DNA from: an uncultured Anaerolineaceae bacterium
GTDB lineage: Bacteria > Chloroflexota > Limnocylindria > Limnocylindrales > CSP1-4
Direction: 5' to 3'
NCBI GenBank assembly: GCA_964629105.1
Contig: CAZVPS010000001.1
Location: forward strand, 1 to 40,772
DNA: 40,772 bases
The notes beneath the pieces were generated by a model. The model was not told the origin of the DNA. It worked only from the letters and a program-made list of their open reading frames with translations, and did no database searches. Of the stretch, positions 8,827 to 17,732 are shown one piece after another. The position numbers and the translations under genes were made by a program. How positions within the stretch are numbered: position 1 is the first letter of the stretch; each line of letters begins with the position of its first letter.

Positions 8827-9627
8827 GTGGGACTCGTCATCGACCCCAAGCAGTACATCATCGGGGCCGCCGAGATCTACTACCGCGCCATCGGCGGCGT
8901 GGGGGCGTGGGCATCGGTTGGGGCGACCGTCGACGACGTCGTCTTCCGAGTGAACCAGACGACGTTCAACCCGTCCGAAAACTTCAACGGCGTCCTCGAG
9001 CCGATCCGCGAGATGGACTACCTGTCCAAGGCGGGCGCCGAGGCCGAGTTCTCGATGCCCGAGTTCGCGGGCGCCAAGCTCAAGCTCGCCGTGCTCGGCG
9101 CGACGTCGACCGTGCTCGCGACGACCGACACGCCGTCGGGTACGAGCACGACGCTGGCCGCCGACGCCGCGATCGGCGACACGGCTGTCAAGGTGACGGC
9201 GGTCGCGGGGTTCAGCGTCGGCGACTACATCCGGATCAACGTCGCGGGCGCCCTTGCCGAGTACCGCCGGATCGACGTCGTCGGGACGCTCGGCGCGGGT
9301 GGCACGGGCCTTGGGTTCCGCGACCCGCTGCTCAAGGCGCACGCGAGCGGCGTCGCGGTCGTCGAGGTCATCGGCGACGGCAAGACCGAGATCGTCGGCG
9401 CCACGGTCCGCCGCCAGCCGCTCAGTGCATACAACGATTGGGCCCTCGTCGCGCAGTCGCCCACCGACTACTACGAGCTGTACCTGTACAACGCGATCAG
9501 CAAGACGGACTCGGCCGAGCTGACGTTCGGTGACGAGTCGATGGCCGCGATCAAGGTCTCGCTCGCGACCCGACTCGACGGGGCGAACACCGCGCTGCCC
9601 TCCTGGCGCCTGCGGATCCCGGCTTGA
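8827..9627 (+). CDS. major tail protein (with a central inserted domain)
   Basis: GTG at 8827 after the same ACGAAAGGAGC ribosome-binding context used by the capsid gene. Lies directly upstream of the chaperone pair and the tape measure. Confidence 0.65.
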   Translation: MGLVIDPKQYIIGAAEIYYRAIGGVGAWASVGATVDDVVFRVNQTTFNPSENFNGVLEPIREMDYLSKAGAEAEFSMPEFAGAKLKLAVLGATSTVLATTDTPSGTSTTLAADAAIGDTAVKVTAVAGFSVGDYIRINVAGALAEYRRIDVVGTLGAGGTGLGFRDPLLKAHASGVAVVEVIGDGKTEIVGATVRRQPLSAYNDWALVAQSPTDYYELYLYNAISKTDSAELTFGDESMAAIKVSLATRLDGANTALPSWRLRIPA

Positions 9628-9631
9628 TCCG

Positions 9632-10099
9632 ATGCCATCGAACGAAGAGGAGGTCCTCGCGGGCCTCATCACCGTCACCGTCGGCGGCCTCGAGCGCTCG
9701 ATGCCGACCCTGTCCATCCGCGACGCGCGCGAGTGGCGCAAGCGTCTGGCCGCCGAGGTCGCGCCGATCGCGGCGTTGCAGATCGACGCCAACGACTGGG
9801 CCGGCATGCCCGCCAAGCTCCAGCTCGCCGAGGACACGATGCTCGAGCTCATCGTCGCCTACGACCGAACGAGCGCGCTCGGCGGCCGTGAATGGCTCGA
9901 GGAGCACGCCAAGCCGCGTGAGCTTGGGCCGATCTTCACCGCCTGCGTCGAGGCCGTCTTCCCTTTCGAGCGGCGGGCCGGGGTTCCCGCCGGTCCGCCG
10001 GTCGGTCCGTCAGCCGCGCCGAACTCTACGAATGGGCGCTCGCCCACTGGGGCCTCGACCCCGTCAGCCTCGAGCGCCGGCTCGACGGACGCCAGCTAG
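9632..10099 (+). CDS. tail assembly chaperone (G-like, zero-frame product)
   Basis: Position between the major tail and tape measure genes. The last ~45 aa are Pro/Ser-rich and look non-coding, consistent with most functional decoding shifting frame. Confidence 0.7.
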   Translation: MPSNEEEVLAGLITVTVGGLERSMPTLSIRDAREWRKRLAAEVAPIAALQIDANDWAGMPAKLQLAEDTMLELIVAYDRTSALGGREWLEEHAKPRELGPIFTACVEAVFPFERRAGVPAGPPVGPSAAPNSTNGRSPTGASTPSASSAGSTDAS

Positions 10100-10362
10100 A
10101 GATGCTCTGGGCGGCCGGTCAGCGGCGGACGGTGCGGGAAGGCCGCGAGCGGCTGGCCGAGCTCTACGTCGGCGTCCGTGACGGCTACGTCGCGGGCAAC
10201 GTCGCCCTCGGCAAGGCGAAGGCGAAGGGCGGCCGGAGCCATGTGCCCGCCTACGCGCGGCCGGAGGCCGAGGGTCGCGCGACGACGGCGAAACGCGGCC
10301 TTGAGCAGCTCCGGCGCGACTTCCCCGCCAACGTCGCGACCGGGCTGGAGTTCAGCGGCTGA
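9632..10362 (+). CDS. tail assembly chaperone -1 frameshift product (GT-like): join 9632..9967, 9967..10362
   Basis: The -1 frame is open from 9922. From about 10018 to 10362 it reads protein-like sequence (ELYEWALAHWGLDPVSLERRLDGRQLEMLWAAGQ...). A slippery site and hairpin are present (next feature). Confidence 0.55.
9961..10000 (+). promoter_or_regulatory. programmed -1 ribosomal frameshift signal
   Basis: C CCT TTC (9961-9967) is an X XXY YYZ heptamer in the chaperone frame. Three nt downstream is an 11-bp stem: 9971-9981 CGGCGGGCCGG pairs with 9990-10000 CCGGTCCGCCG (one G-U pair, 8-nt loop). Confidence 0.5.
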
Positions 10363-12530
10363 TGGCGAACATCGGCGATCTGTTTTTCCTCTTCCGGGGC
10401 GACGACAGCCAGCTCCAGGTGGACGCCGCCAAGTCCGGTGACACGGCCGGGACGGCCGCCGGGAAGCGCTTCAGCGTGTCGATGGGCACCGCGCTCAAGG
10501 CAGGGATCGGCGGTGCGATCGGCGGGGCACTGAGCGCGGGCCTCTCGATCGCCACCAAGGGCGGAGTGGAGCTCAACGCCGCGGTCACGCAGTTTGCGGC
10601 CGACACCGGCGCGACGACCGAGGAGGCCGCTGCGGCGCAATCGACGATCGGTGAGCTCTTCCGGACGAACCTCCAGAGCTTCGGCGAGATCGGCGGCACG
10701 CTCGCGGTGCTGCGGACCGACCTCGGGTTCACCCAGGATGCCGCGGACAAGGCGGCCCAGAGCTACCTCGACTTCGCACAGGTCGCGGGCGGCACCGGGG
10801 CGGAGGCGGCCGGACGGTTCGATGACCTCCTCGGAGCCCTCAACCTCGACGCCTCGAAGGCGCCCGGGATCATGGACCAGCTCGTCGCGTCGCACCAGCG
10901 CTATGGCGAGTCGATCAACGCGAACATCGATGCCCTGACCGCGATGGCGCCCGCGCTCAACGCGGCGAACCTCACCGTCGACGACGGGGTCGGCCTGCTC
11001 AACATGTTCGCCTCGGCCGGCGTCGACGCGGCCGCCGCTCCGGCGGCGCTCACGAAGGCACTCAAGTCGGTCAAGAGTCCCGCCGAGCTCCAGACACTCA
11101 TCGACCAGATCTCCGCGACCGAGGATCCCTTCAAGCGCGCCCAGCTCGCCTCGGACCTGTTCGGCGCGAAGGCGGGGCCGAAGCTGGCCCAAGCGCTCGC
11201 GCAGGGCAAGCTCGGCGACTTCCGGGTCAGCATGGACGAGGCCGCCGGCGCCACGACGCGGGCGGCCGACACGATCCAGTCGGGCTTCGGCAATCAGGCG
11301 CAGCTCGTCATCAAGAACTTCGGCGGCGCGCTCGCCGAGATCGGCACGAACTTCGGCCCGCTCATCCTCGGCTTCGGCAGCCTCGTGCCCGCGCTCACGC
11401 CGGTCATCACGGCTGGCGGCACGGCGATCGGCGGCCTGCTCGCGGCGGCGATCCCAGTCGGCATGGCGCTCCTGCCGGTCCTGCTCATCGGGGCGCTCGT
11501 CGCCGCAGTCGCGTTCCTCATCGCCAACCCCGAGATCGTGGGCAAGATCGGCGAGTTCGTCACGTCCATCCTCGGCGCGATCGGCGACTTCCTGGGCTCC
11601 CTTCCCGAGGTCTTCGCCAGCGCCTTCGGCGCCGCGCTCGACGCCGTCTCGGGCGTCATCGGCGCGATCGTGGCCCTCATCGCCGGGCTGCCAGGCCAGC
11701 TCGCGGCGATCTTCGTGGCGCTCCTCGAGCAGTGGGTCGGACTCGGGGCGGACGTGGCCGCGGCGGTCAGCGACCTCGCCGGGCAGATCGTCGACTTCGT
11801 ACTCGCGATCCCAGGGCGGATCGCCGGGCTCGTCGGCGCGCTCGCCGGAGCGTTCGCGACGGCGGGCGGGCGGATCATCGGCATCGTCACCGGGCTCGTT
11901 GGTCAGGTCGTGGGGTTCTACCTCTCGATCCCCGGGCGGATCGCGGGGCTCGTCGGGACGATCGCCGGTTTCTTCGTCTCGCTCGGCGGCCAGATCGTGG
12001 GGACGGTCGGCGACTTCGTCGGCTCGGTGGTCGACTTCTTCCTTTCGATCCCGGGCAAGGTCATTGGCATCGGCGCCGAGATCGTGGGCGGTCTCATCCG
12101 CGGCATGGCCTCGCTGCCGGGTCAGCTCCTCGATACCGTCGCCAATGCCTTCCGCGCCCTGCGGATCGATATCGGGCCGTTCCACATCAGCGCGTCGGGC
12201 GTGCAGATCGACCTGCCCCGGATCGAGTTGCCCTCGTTCGCGAGCGGCGTGCGCGACGTGCCGGCCGACATGCTCGCGATCCTCCACCGCGGCGAGATGG
12301 TCGTGCCGGCGGCCGAGGCCGCGGCCGTCCGCGGTGGCGCCGGGCTCGACGCGGTCGCCCAGCCCGCTGGTGCGCCATCGCCAGGGGCGAGCTTCTCGAT
12401 AGGCGATGTCGTCATCCAGGCGCAGTCCTTCGCGGGTTCCCAGGCGGAGGCGCGGGCGTTCGCGCGCTCGCTGTTCGACATGATTGAGGACGAGGCGCAC
12501 CGCCGCGGCCTCCGCCTGGCGGGCGCGTAG
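10362..12530 (+). CDS. tape measure protein
   Basis: 722 aa, Ala/Gly-rich with hydrophobic internal repeats. Shares 1 nt with the upstream stop (TGATG). Canonical position in the tail module. Confidence 0.9.
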   Translation: MANIGDLFFLFRGDDSQLQVDAAKSGDTAGTAAGKRFSVSMGTALKAGIGGAIGGALSAGLSIATKGGVELNAAVTQFAADTGATTEEAAAAQSTIGELFRTNLQSFGEIGGTLAVLRTDLGFTQDAADKAAQSYLDFAQVAGGTGAEAAGRFDDLLGALNLDASKAPGIMDQLVASHQRYGESINANIDALTAMAPALNAANLTVDDGVGLLNMFASAGVDAAAAPAALTKALKSVKSPAELQTLIDQISATEDPFKRAQLASDLFGAKAGPKLAQALAQGKLGDFRVSMDEAAGATTRAADTIQSGFGNQAQLVIKNFGGALAEIGTNFGPLILGFGSLVPALTPVITAGGTAIGGLLAAAIPVGMALLPVLLIGALVAAVAFLIANPEIVGKIGEFVTSILGAIGDFLGSLPEVFASAFGAALDAVSGVIGAIVALIAGLPGQLAAIFVALLEQWVGLGADVAAAVSDLAGQIVDFVLAIPGRIAGLVGALAGAFATAGGRIIGIVTGLVGQVVGFYLSIPGRIAGLVGTIAGFFVSLGGQIVGTVGDFVGSVVDFFLSIPGKVIGIGAEIVGGLIRGMASLPGQLLDTVANAFRALRIDIGPFHISASGVQIDLPRIELPSFASGVRDVPADMLAILHRGEMVVPAAEAAAVRGGAGLDAVAQPAGAPSPGASFSIGDVVIQAQSFAGSQAEARAFARSLFDMIEDEAHRRGLRLAGA
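11784..12143 (+). repeat. three tandem 120-nt (40-aa) in-frame repeats inside the tape measure gene
   Basis: Units begin at 11784, 11904 and 12024. They read QIVDFVLAIPGRIAGLVG.., QVVGFYLSIPGRIAGLVG.., SVVDFFLSIPGKVIGIGA.. Confidence 0.7.
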
Positions 12531-12911
12531 ATGATCACCCCGACGCTCAGCTACGCGGGCACGACGGTCGATCTCGGCTATCCCGAGCGTGACGGCAACC
12601 GGCGCGAGCTCGACGAACGGGCGATCGTGCGACGGACCCTCGATGGCACCCTGCGCACGACGATCCTCTCGCTCTCGTACCGCTACCAGCTCTCCTTCAG
12701 TGGCACCCTGCGCTCGACGTACGACGCCCTCGTCGCGCTGTGGCGCGCGGCCTGCGCGGCAGGCGCGTATCCAACCTTCACGTTCACCGACGTCTGGCCG
12801 CAGGCGAGCGGCGTCGCCGTCGGGCTCGATATCGGGCCGCTCGAGTGGGACATCCCGGGCGAGGACGCGGGCTCGTTCAAGCTCACGCTCACCGAGGTCG
12901 CGCCGCGATGA
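12531..12911 (+). CDS. putative distal tail protein (small)
   Basis: ATG immediately follows the tape measure stop. Call is based on synteny only. Confidence 0.45.
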   Translation: MITPTLSYAGTTVDLGYPERDGNRRELDERAIVRRTLDGTLRTTILSLSYRYQLSFSGTLRSTYDALVALWRAACAAGAYPTFTFTDVWPQASGVAVGLDIGPLEWDIPGEDAGSFKLTLTEVAPR

Positions 12912-14590
12912 GTGTCGACCCGGCCCTCGTCGCCGCCACGCTCGCGCCGCTCCACACGTTCGGCTACGAGCTGTGGGTCCAATGGGACGGGGTCACGTGG
13001 GTCGACGAGACGCCCTACGTCTTGAGCATGAGCGGCGTCGAGTCGGTCGATCCCGGCAGCCGCGCCCTCAATGCCGCGGAGGCGAACGTCGAGCTCGACA
13101 ACGCGTCCCGCCGCTACGACCCCGACAACGCGGCAGGACCGCTCTACTCGTACCTCACGCACCCTGGCCAGAAGGCGTACATCCGCCTCGGCTACAACGG
13201 GGTGCTCGCGAAGATCGGCACGTTCTGGATCGACTCACTCACCCCGACCGAGGCCAGCCGGAGCGTGTCGCTGCGCCTCCTCGATCGGCTCGAGACGCTC
13301 GCCCGGGCGAGGGTGAACTACGGCCCGGCCGGGAGTGTCCGGCTCGACAACGTCGCCCGCGGCCTGCTCACCGCGGCCGGGTTGACCGAGGGTGAGCACT
13401 TCGTCCTCGACGTCGCCGAGACGACCGCGGTCTGGGCGGTCGCGGTGGCCGCGAACCCGGTCGCCGAGCTCCAGGATCTCGCCCTCGCCGAGGGTGGCCG
13501 GATCTCCGTCGACGTCGACGGCGTGCTGCGCTTCCTCAACCGCTCGAACCACCGGGCGCTCCTGGCCGCCCCGCGCGCCTCGTTCGTCCGGAGCCTGGTC
13601 GCCTACGACCTGTCCTACGCCCGCCGCCAGCAGGGCCAGGTGAGCCGCGTCCTGCTCGCCTACGAGGACCGGGTGAGCGCCCTCGTCGACGAGGTCGTGT
13701 ACGACCAGAAGACGCCGATCGCCCTGCCCGCCGCAATGAGCTGGACGTACATCGAGTCGGTCCCCTACACGGTCATGAACGGCGACGTCCTCGAGACCTA
13801 CTACACCGCGGTCCCCCACACGGGCTGGGCGCCGGGCGTCGTGACGCTGCGCCTCCAGGGCATGGATCTGACCCGCTGGGAGCGCGAGATGCCGCTCCTG
13901 TTCACGACGATGAACACGATCGTCGCGAACGCGGCGGCCGATGGATCCGGGTCCGCGCTCGCGGTGACCACCGGAACGCCGCCCACGATGGGCGCCTTCA
14001 GCGCCAACGTCTACTACGTCCTGACGGTCGATGGCTCGACTGCGACGCTCGTCCTCTACAACCTCTCGGGCGCGCCAGCCTACATCACGACCCTCAAGGT
14101 GAACGGCAAGCCCGCCCGCCAGGCGAGCCCATGGGCGGTCGTCGCCGACGACGTCGACGCCCAGGCACTCTTTGGTGTCATCCCCCAGACGATCAGCAAC
14201 GCCTATCTCCCCAATGTCGACGTCGCGACGGTCCGCGCCCAGGACATCCTGTTCTTCCGCTCGGGCATCCGGACCCGGGTCGACATCCCGGCGCTCGACG
14301 GCGTGCCGTTCCTCCACCCGTTCGACGCCTTCGCGTTCGTCGACGACGCGACGAGCCCGCCGGTCACGACGTACCTCCAGGTCATCCGGAACGAGTGGCG
14401 GGCGTCTGACGCGGGCTACACCTGCGGCCTGTTCAGCGCGCCGGCCCTCCCGCCGACCGACCGCGTGCTCGCGGACGCTGTGCCTGCCCCGACGATGGCC
14501 GCCGATCTCGTCACCGCGACCGACGCCGGTCCCTGGACGTGGGGCGCCTCGGCGCATCCGCTCGTCTGGACGTGGAGCGAGTGGGGATGA
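12908..14590 (+). CDS. minor tail protein (tail tip/hub-like)
   Basis: ATG at 12908 in an ATGA overlap with the previous gene. 560 aa. Call is based on synteny. Confidence 0.6.
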   Translation: MSVDPALVAATLAPLHTFGYELWVQWDGVTWVDETPYVLSMSGVESVDPGSRALNAAEANVELDNASRRYDPDNAAGPLYSYLTHPGQKAYIRLGYNGVLAKIGTFWIDSLTPTEASRSVSLRLLDRLETLARARVNYGPAGSVRLDNVARGLLTAAGLTEGEHFVLDVAETTAVWAVAVAANPVAELQDLALAEGGRISVDVDGVLRFLNRSNHRALLAAPRASFVRSLVAYDLSYARRQQGQVSRVLLAYEDRVSALVDEVVYDQKTPIALPAAMSWTYIESVPYTVMNGDVLETYYTAVPHTGWAPGVVTLRLQGMDLTRWEREMPLLFTTMNTIVANAAADGSGSALAVTTGTPPTMGAFSANVYYVLTVDGSTATLVLYNLSGAPAYITTLKVNGKPARQASPWAVVADDVDAQALFGVIPQTISNAYLPNVDVATVRAQDILFFRSGIRTRVDIPALDGVPFLHPFDAFAFVDDATSPPVTTYLQVIRNEWRASDAGYTCGLFSAPALPPTDRVLADAVPAPTMAADLVTATDAGPWTWGASAHPLVWTWSEWG

Positions 14591-15510
14591 CACACCGACG
14601 CCTGGCCGACGCCCTTGGACCCATCCGCGGGAGCGTCACCGTCGAAGCCCGCGACCGCCACGGTCGGCTCGTCCACCGCACGCGGTTCGCCAACGCCTAC
14701 ACGAGCCTCGGCGCGACCGAGCACGCGAAGGCGCTCGCCGGCGAGGCCGCGAACGTCGCGTTGACGCACATCGGCCTCGGCGTCGGCGGCGTGACGATCA
14801 CGACCGCCGAGACGACCGCCGGCTGGACCGGCGCGACCCTCGACACGGGCTCCTTCCGCCAGGGCGTCGCATCCCTGTCCACGACGGCGGCTCCGTCCGG
14901 CAATGCCTATGCCTGGAACACGGTGCTCATCGGGGCCTATGGCGCGGTGGCCGGATCGTCGGTCGAATGCTGGATGCGTCTGAACTTCCGCGGGCGCTTC
15001 GACCTCGCCGCCTCTCACCTTCGGGTCTACACCGGAGGTGGAGCCAATAGCTGGGACGTGTCCCTCGCCGTGATCGAGGCCGCCAACGGCGCCTTCCAGG
15101 ACGCAACGTGGAAGCTCGTGCGGATCCCGATCGCCTCGTTCTCGGCGGGCGAGGGCGCTCCGACCTGGAGCGCGGTTACCGGCGCCGGCTGGTCGGTCTA
15201 CGCGAACGCGTCGGGAGCCGCGACGCTCAACGTCGACGACGTGCGGATCGTCCAGCCCACGATCGACGTGGGCCCCACCGCCTACAACGTCCCCAATGAG
15301 GTCAGCCGTAAGGCGCTCTCGACGCTCACCCGCTCAGGGATGGTCGTCTCGGCCGATGCCTTCTGGGGCATGGCCGAGGCGGTCGGCCAGTTCTACGTCG
15401 CGGGCCTGTACGCGGGCTCGACGCTCGTGGCAATCCTGCCCTTCACCTATTACAAGGCGGCCGGGTTGATGCTCCGGATCACCTGGGCCCTGACGACGGC
15501 CGGAGGGTAA
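14587..15510 (+). CDS. minor tail protein with a carbohydrate-binding-like module
   Basis: ATGA overlap with the previous gene. The central segment (WKLVRIPIASF..WSAVTGAGWSVYA..LNVDDVRIV) resembles a CBM / galactose-binding-like jelly roll. Confidence 0.5.
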   Translation: MTHRRLADALGPIRGSVTVEARDRHGRLVHRTRFANAYTSLGATEHAKALAGEAANVALTHIGLGVGGVTITTAETTAGWTGATLDTGSFRQGVASLSTTAAPSGNAYAWNTVLIGAYGAVAGSSVECWMRLNFRGRFDLAASHLRVYTGGGANSWDVSLAVIEAANGAFQDATWKLVRIPIASFSAGEGAPTWSAVTGAGWSVYANASGAATLNVDDVRIVQPTIDVGPTAYNVPNEVSRKALSTLTRSGMVVSADAFWGMAEAVGQFYVAGLYAGSTLVAILPFTYYKAAGLMLRITWALTTAGG

Positions 15511-15512
15511 CG

Positions 15513-16649
15513 ATGGCCAACAGCTCCCCGGTCGCGCCGGGCGACCAGGCGACCGCGACCCAGTACAACAACCTGCGCAGCGACGTCGTCGACCCGACCA
15601 GCGGCCACCGGCACGACGGTCTCGGGGCCGTCGCGGCCCTGCTCGCGCTCCTGGGCGACGGATCGGACGGCGACGTGACGATCAGCGGCAACACGACCCT
15701 CACGCGCGACATGTACTACAACACCCTCACCGTCAATGCGGGCGTCGTGCTCACGACCGACGGCTACCGCCTCTTCGTCCTGGGAACGTGCAACGTTCTC
15801 GGCACCATTCGCAACAACGGCAACACCGGATCGCTCGGTGCCAACGGCTTCGACGCGTACGCCGGCAGCGGCGTCTCGTGGGGCGGCAATACCGCCAATG
15901 CCCCCGGCGGCGCGGGCGCGACCGGCGGCACCGCTCGAACCCTTCCAGCGGGCGGTCCCGGCGGCGCGGGCGCGACAGGGGGCACGACCGCCTACGACAG
16001 CGGCACCAACTCACCCGGCAACAACTCGACCGGGCCGAGCCTGACCAATCAGGTGACGACGACGGCGAGTGCGGCCGGTGGGCCTGGCGGAGCGGGCGGC
16101 AACACGGGTGGGGCTGGCGGGACGAGCTCGGCTGGCGCAGCCGGGACGTTGGTCACGAAGGGCCAGTCGCGGTCACTGATCGCGCTTGGTTCCCTGATCC
16201 CGCTGGATTCGACCACCGCCTACACGGCTCCCGGCGGAGCCGGCGGGGCCGGTGGCGGAGCGAAGGCGAACCAGGCAGCCGGCGGTGGAGGTGGCGGCGG
16301 CGGGGCCGGCGGTGGCTGCATCTTCCTCATCTGCCGCACGCTCGCTGGGAACGGGACGATCGAGGCGAAGGGCGGCGCCGGCGGGGCTGGCGGGGCTGGC
16401 GGCAACGGTGGGGCACAGGCCAACCGGACCGGCGGTGGGGGCGGTGGAGGCGGTGCCGGTGGGACCGGCGGCGTGATCCTGCTCGCCTACCCCGTGAAGA
16501 CGTTCACCGGGACCCTCAGCGTTGCCGGCGGCGCCGGCGGAGCGGCAGGCGCGGCCGGGCTCAAGAGCGGCACCGGCTTTGATGGTGTCGCCGGCCAGCC
16601 CGGGAACACGGGCAACGCGGGACGCCTGATCCAGTGGAGCTTGCCATGA
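15513..16649 (+). CDS. glycine-rich minor tail / fibre protein
   Basis: Long GGAGG/GGxGG tracts interspersed with beta-helix-like turns (CIFLICRTLAGNGTIEAKGGAGG; GGVILLAYPVKTFTGTLSVAGG), as in actinophage glycine-rich tail proteins. Confidence 0.6.
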   Translation: MANSSPVAPGDQATATQYNNLRSDVVDPTSGHRHDGLGAVAALLALLGDGSDGDVTISGNTTLTRDMYYNTLTVNAGVVLTTDGYRLFVLGTCNVLGTIRNNGNTGSLGANGFDAYAGSGVSWGGNTANAPGGAGATGGTARTLPAGGPGGAGATGGTTAYDSGTNSPGNNSTGPSLTNQVTTTASAAGGPGGAGGNTGGAGGTSSAGAAGTLVTKGQSRSLIALGSLIPLDSTTAYTAPGGAGGAGGGAKANQAAGGGGGGGGAGGGCIFLICRTLAGNGTIEAKGGAGGAGGAGGNGGAQANRTGGGGGGGGAGGTGGVILLAYPVKTFTGTLSVAGGAGGAAGAAGLKSGTGFDGVAGQPGNTGNAGRLIQWSLP

Positions 16650-17191
16650 TCTCGCTCGTCTATGACCCGTCGCTCGTCCTCGATCCTGACGCCCTCGGAG
16701 GGTCTCTGGGGGCGGTCGCGCTCGTCGCTGGCGTCCCGCCGACGTTGGCCGATCGCATCACGCTGCCCGATGCGGGCTATGTCGTCGTACGCGAGACGTG
16801 GGCGGGGCTCGACGTGCTGCCGGGCCCGGTCACGCGCGACCAGATCGACGCGCTACCTGATCCCGGGCCGGATCCGCAGGCGGCCGCCGCGGTAGTTCAG
16901 GCTGCCGCCGGCCGTGTCCTGCACCTCCTCCAGACGACGCCGATTGATCCCGTCGCCCTCGACGCGAATCTCACGCTCTTGGCTGCGGCTCGAGCGATCC
17001 CTGACCCGCCGGCCGCAGACATAGCCGCCTTGGCAACGTTCCTCCCGCTACCCTCCCCGACCCTCGCCCAGACGGCGGCCGCCACGAAGGCGCTCATCCG
17101 CGTCCTTTCGAACTACGCAGAGGTCGTGCCAGCCCAGCGGGCCACGATCAACGTCCTTGCCGACACGATCCGCTTCATCCTCCAACGGTAG
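16646..17191 (+). CDS. hypothetical protein (last gene of the tail block)
   Basis: ATGA overlap with the fibre gene. Ala/Pro-rich; no recognisable motif. Confidence 0.4.
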   Translation: MISLVYDPSLVLDPDALGGSLGAVALVAGVPPTLADRITLPDAGYVVVRETWAGLDVLPGPVTRDQIDALPDPGPDPQAAAAVVQAAAGRVLHLLQTTPIDPVALDANLTLLAAARAIPDPPAADIAALATFLPLPSPTLAQTAAATKALIRVLSNYAEVVPAQRATINVLADTIRFILQR

Positions 17192-17732
17192 ACCGTCGGA
17201 GTGCCCGGCTGGCTCGCTCGAGGGGGGTCGACCCGATCCGCAACGGGACGTTCGTCCATTTCCGGTCCTGGATCGTCGCGGATACGTCGACCGTCGACGA
17301 TCCCCCAACCCGCTACGCCTGACATGGCAATGGGATTCGTGGCCAGGGTGGCCGCTCTGAGCAGGGACGGAGGTCCGGGTGACAGGCGGTTCAGCGGCGA
17401 CAGGACCGATCGGCGCGGAAACCGATTGTTGCCTGGCGGCTCCCGCGTGGGTACCATGCAGCGCAGCTGCGCGGAGGAGCCTCGTCGCCGGAGATCGCCT
17501 GAACCAATCGATTCGGAGGCGTTGATTCCCGGCGCCAAGGCCGCGCACGAGTGGGGATCGCCCGGTTGAAACCGGTATCCGCCCTGTCCAATCTGCGGCG
17601 CGATCCGATCCATCGATCCTGACAGCGGGGTTGCTCATGAGCGTCGCGATCGCTTTCGGCGATACGCACGCCTTCGTCTTTGGTGCACGAATACCAATAG
17701 GTCGGCCGTTCCTGCCTACGCACGAGGCCGAG

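Noticed and set aside
10102-10362. Independent 86-aa gene between the chaperone and the tape measure
   Set aside because: Protein-like coding in this frame begins well upstream of the ATG, and a slippery site plus hairpin is present. It is better explained as the -1 frameshift extension of the chaperone.
16220-16480. Highly repetitive GGCGG/GGTGG tracts considered as a possible tandem-repeat or CRISPR-like array
   Set aside because: The tracts have no regular repeat-spacer structure. They are in-frame poly-Gly/Ala coding sequence of the glycine-rich fibre protein.
17192-17732. Searched for a second copy of the tRNA-Pro 3' end (the other att site), and for a retron- or DGR-type RNA
   Set aside because: No match to the tRNA 3' segment was found (only an unrelated CTGAACC). 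No reverse transcriptase is present anywhere in the window.
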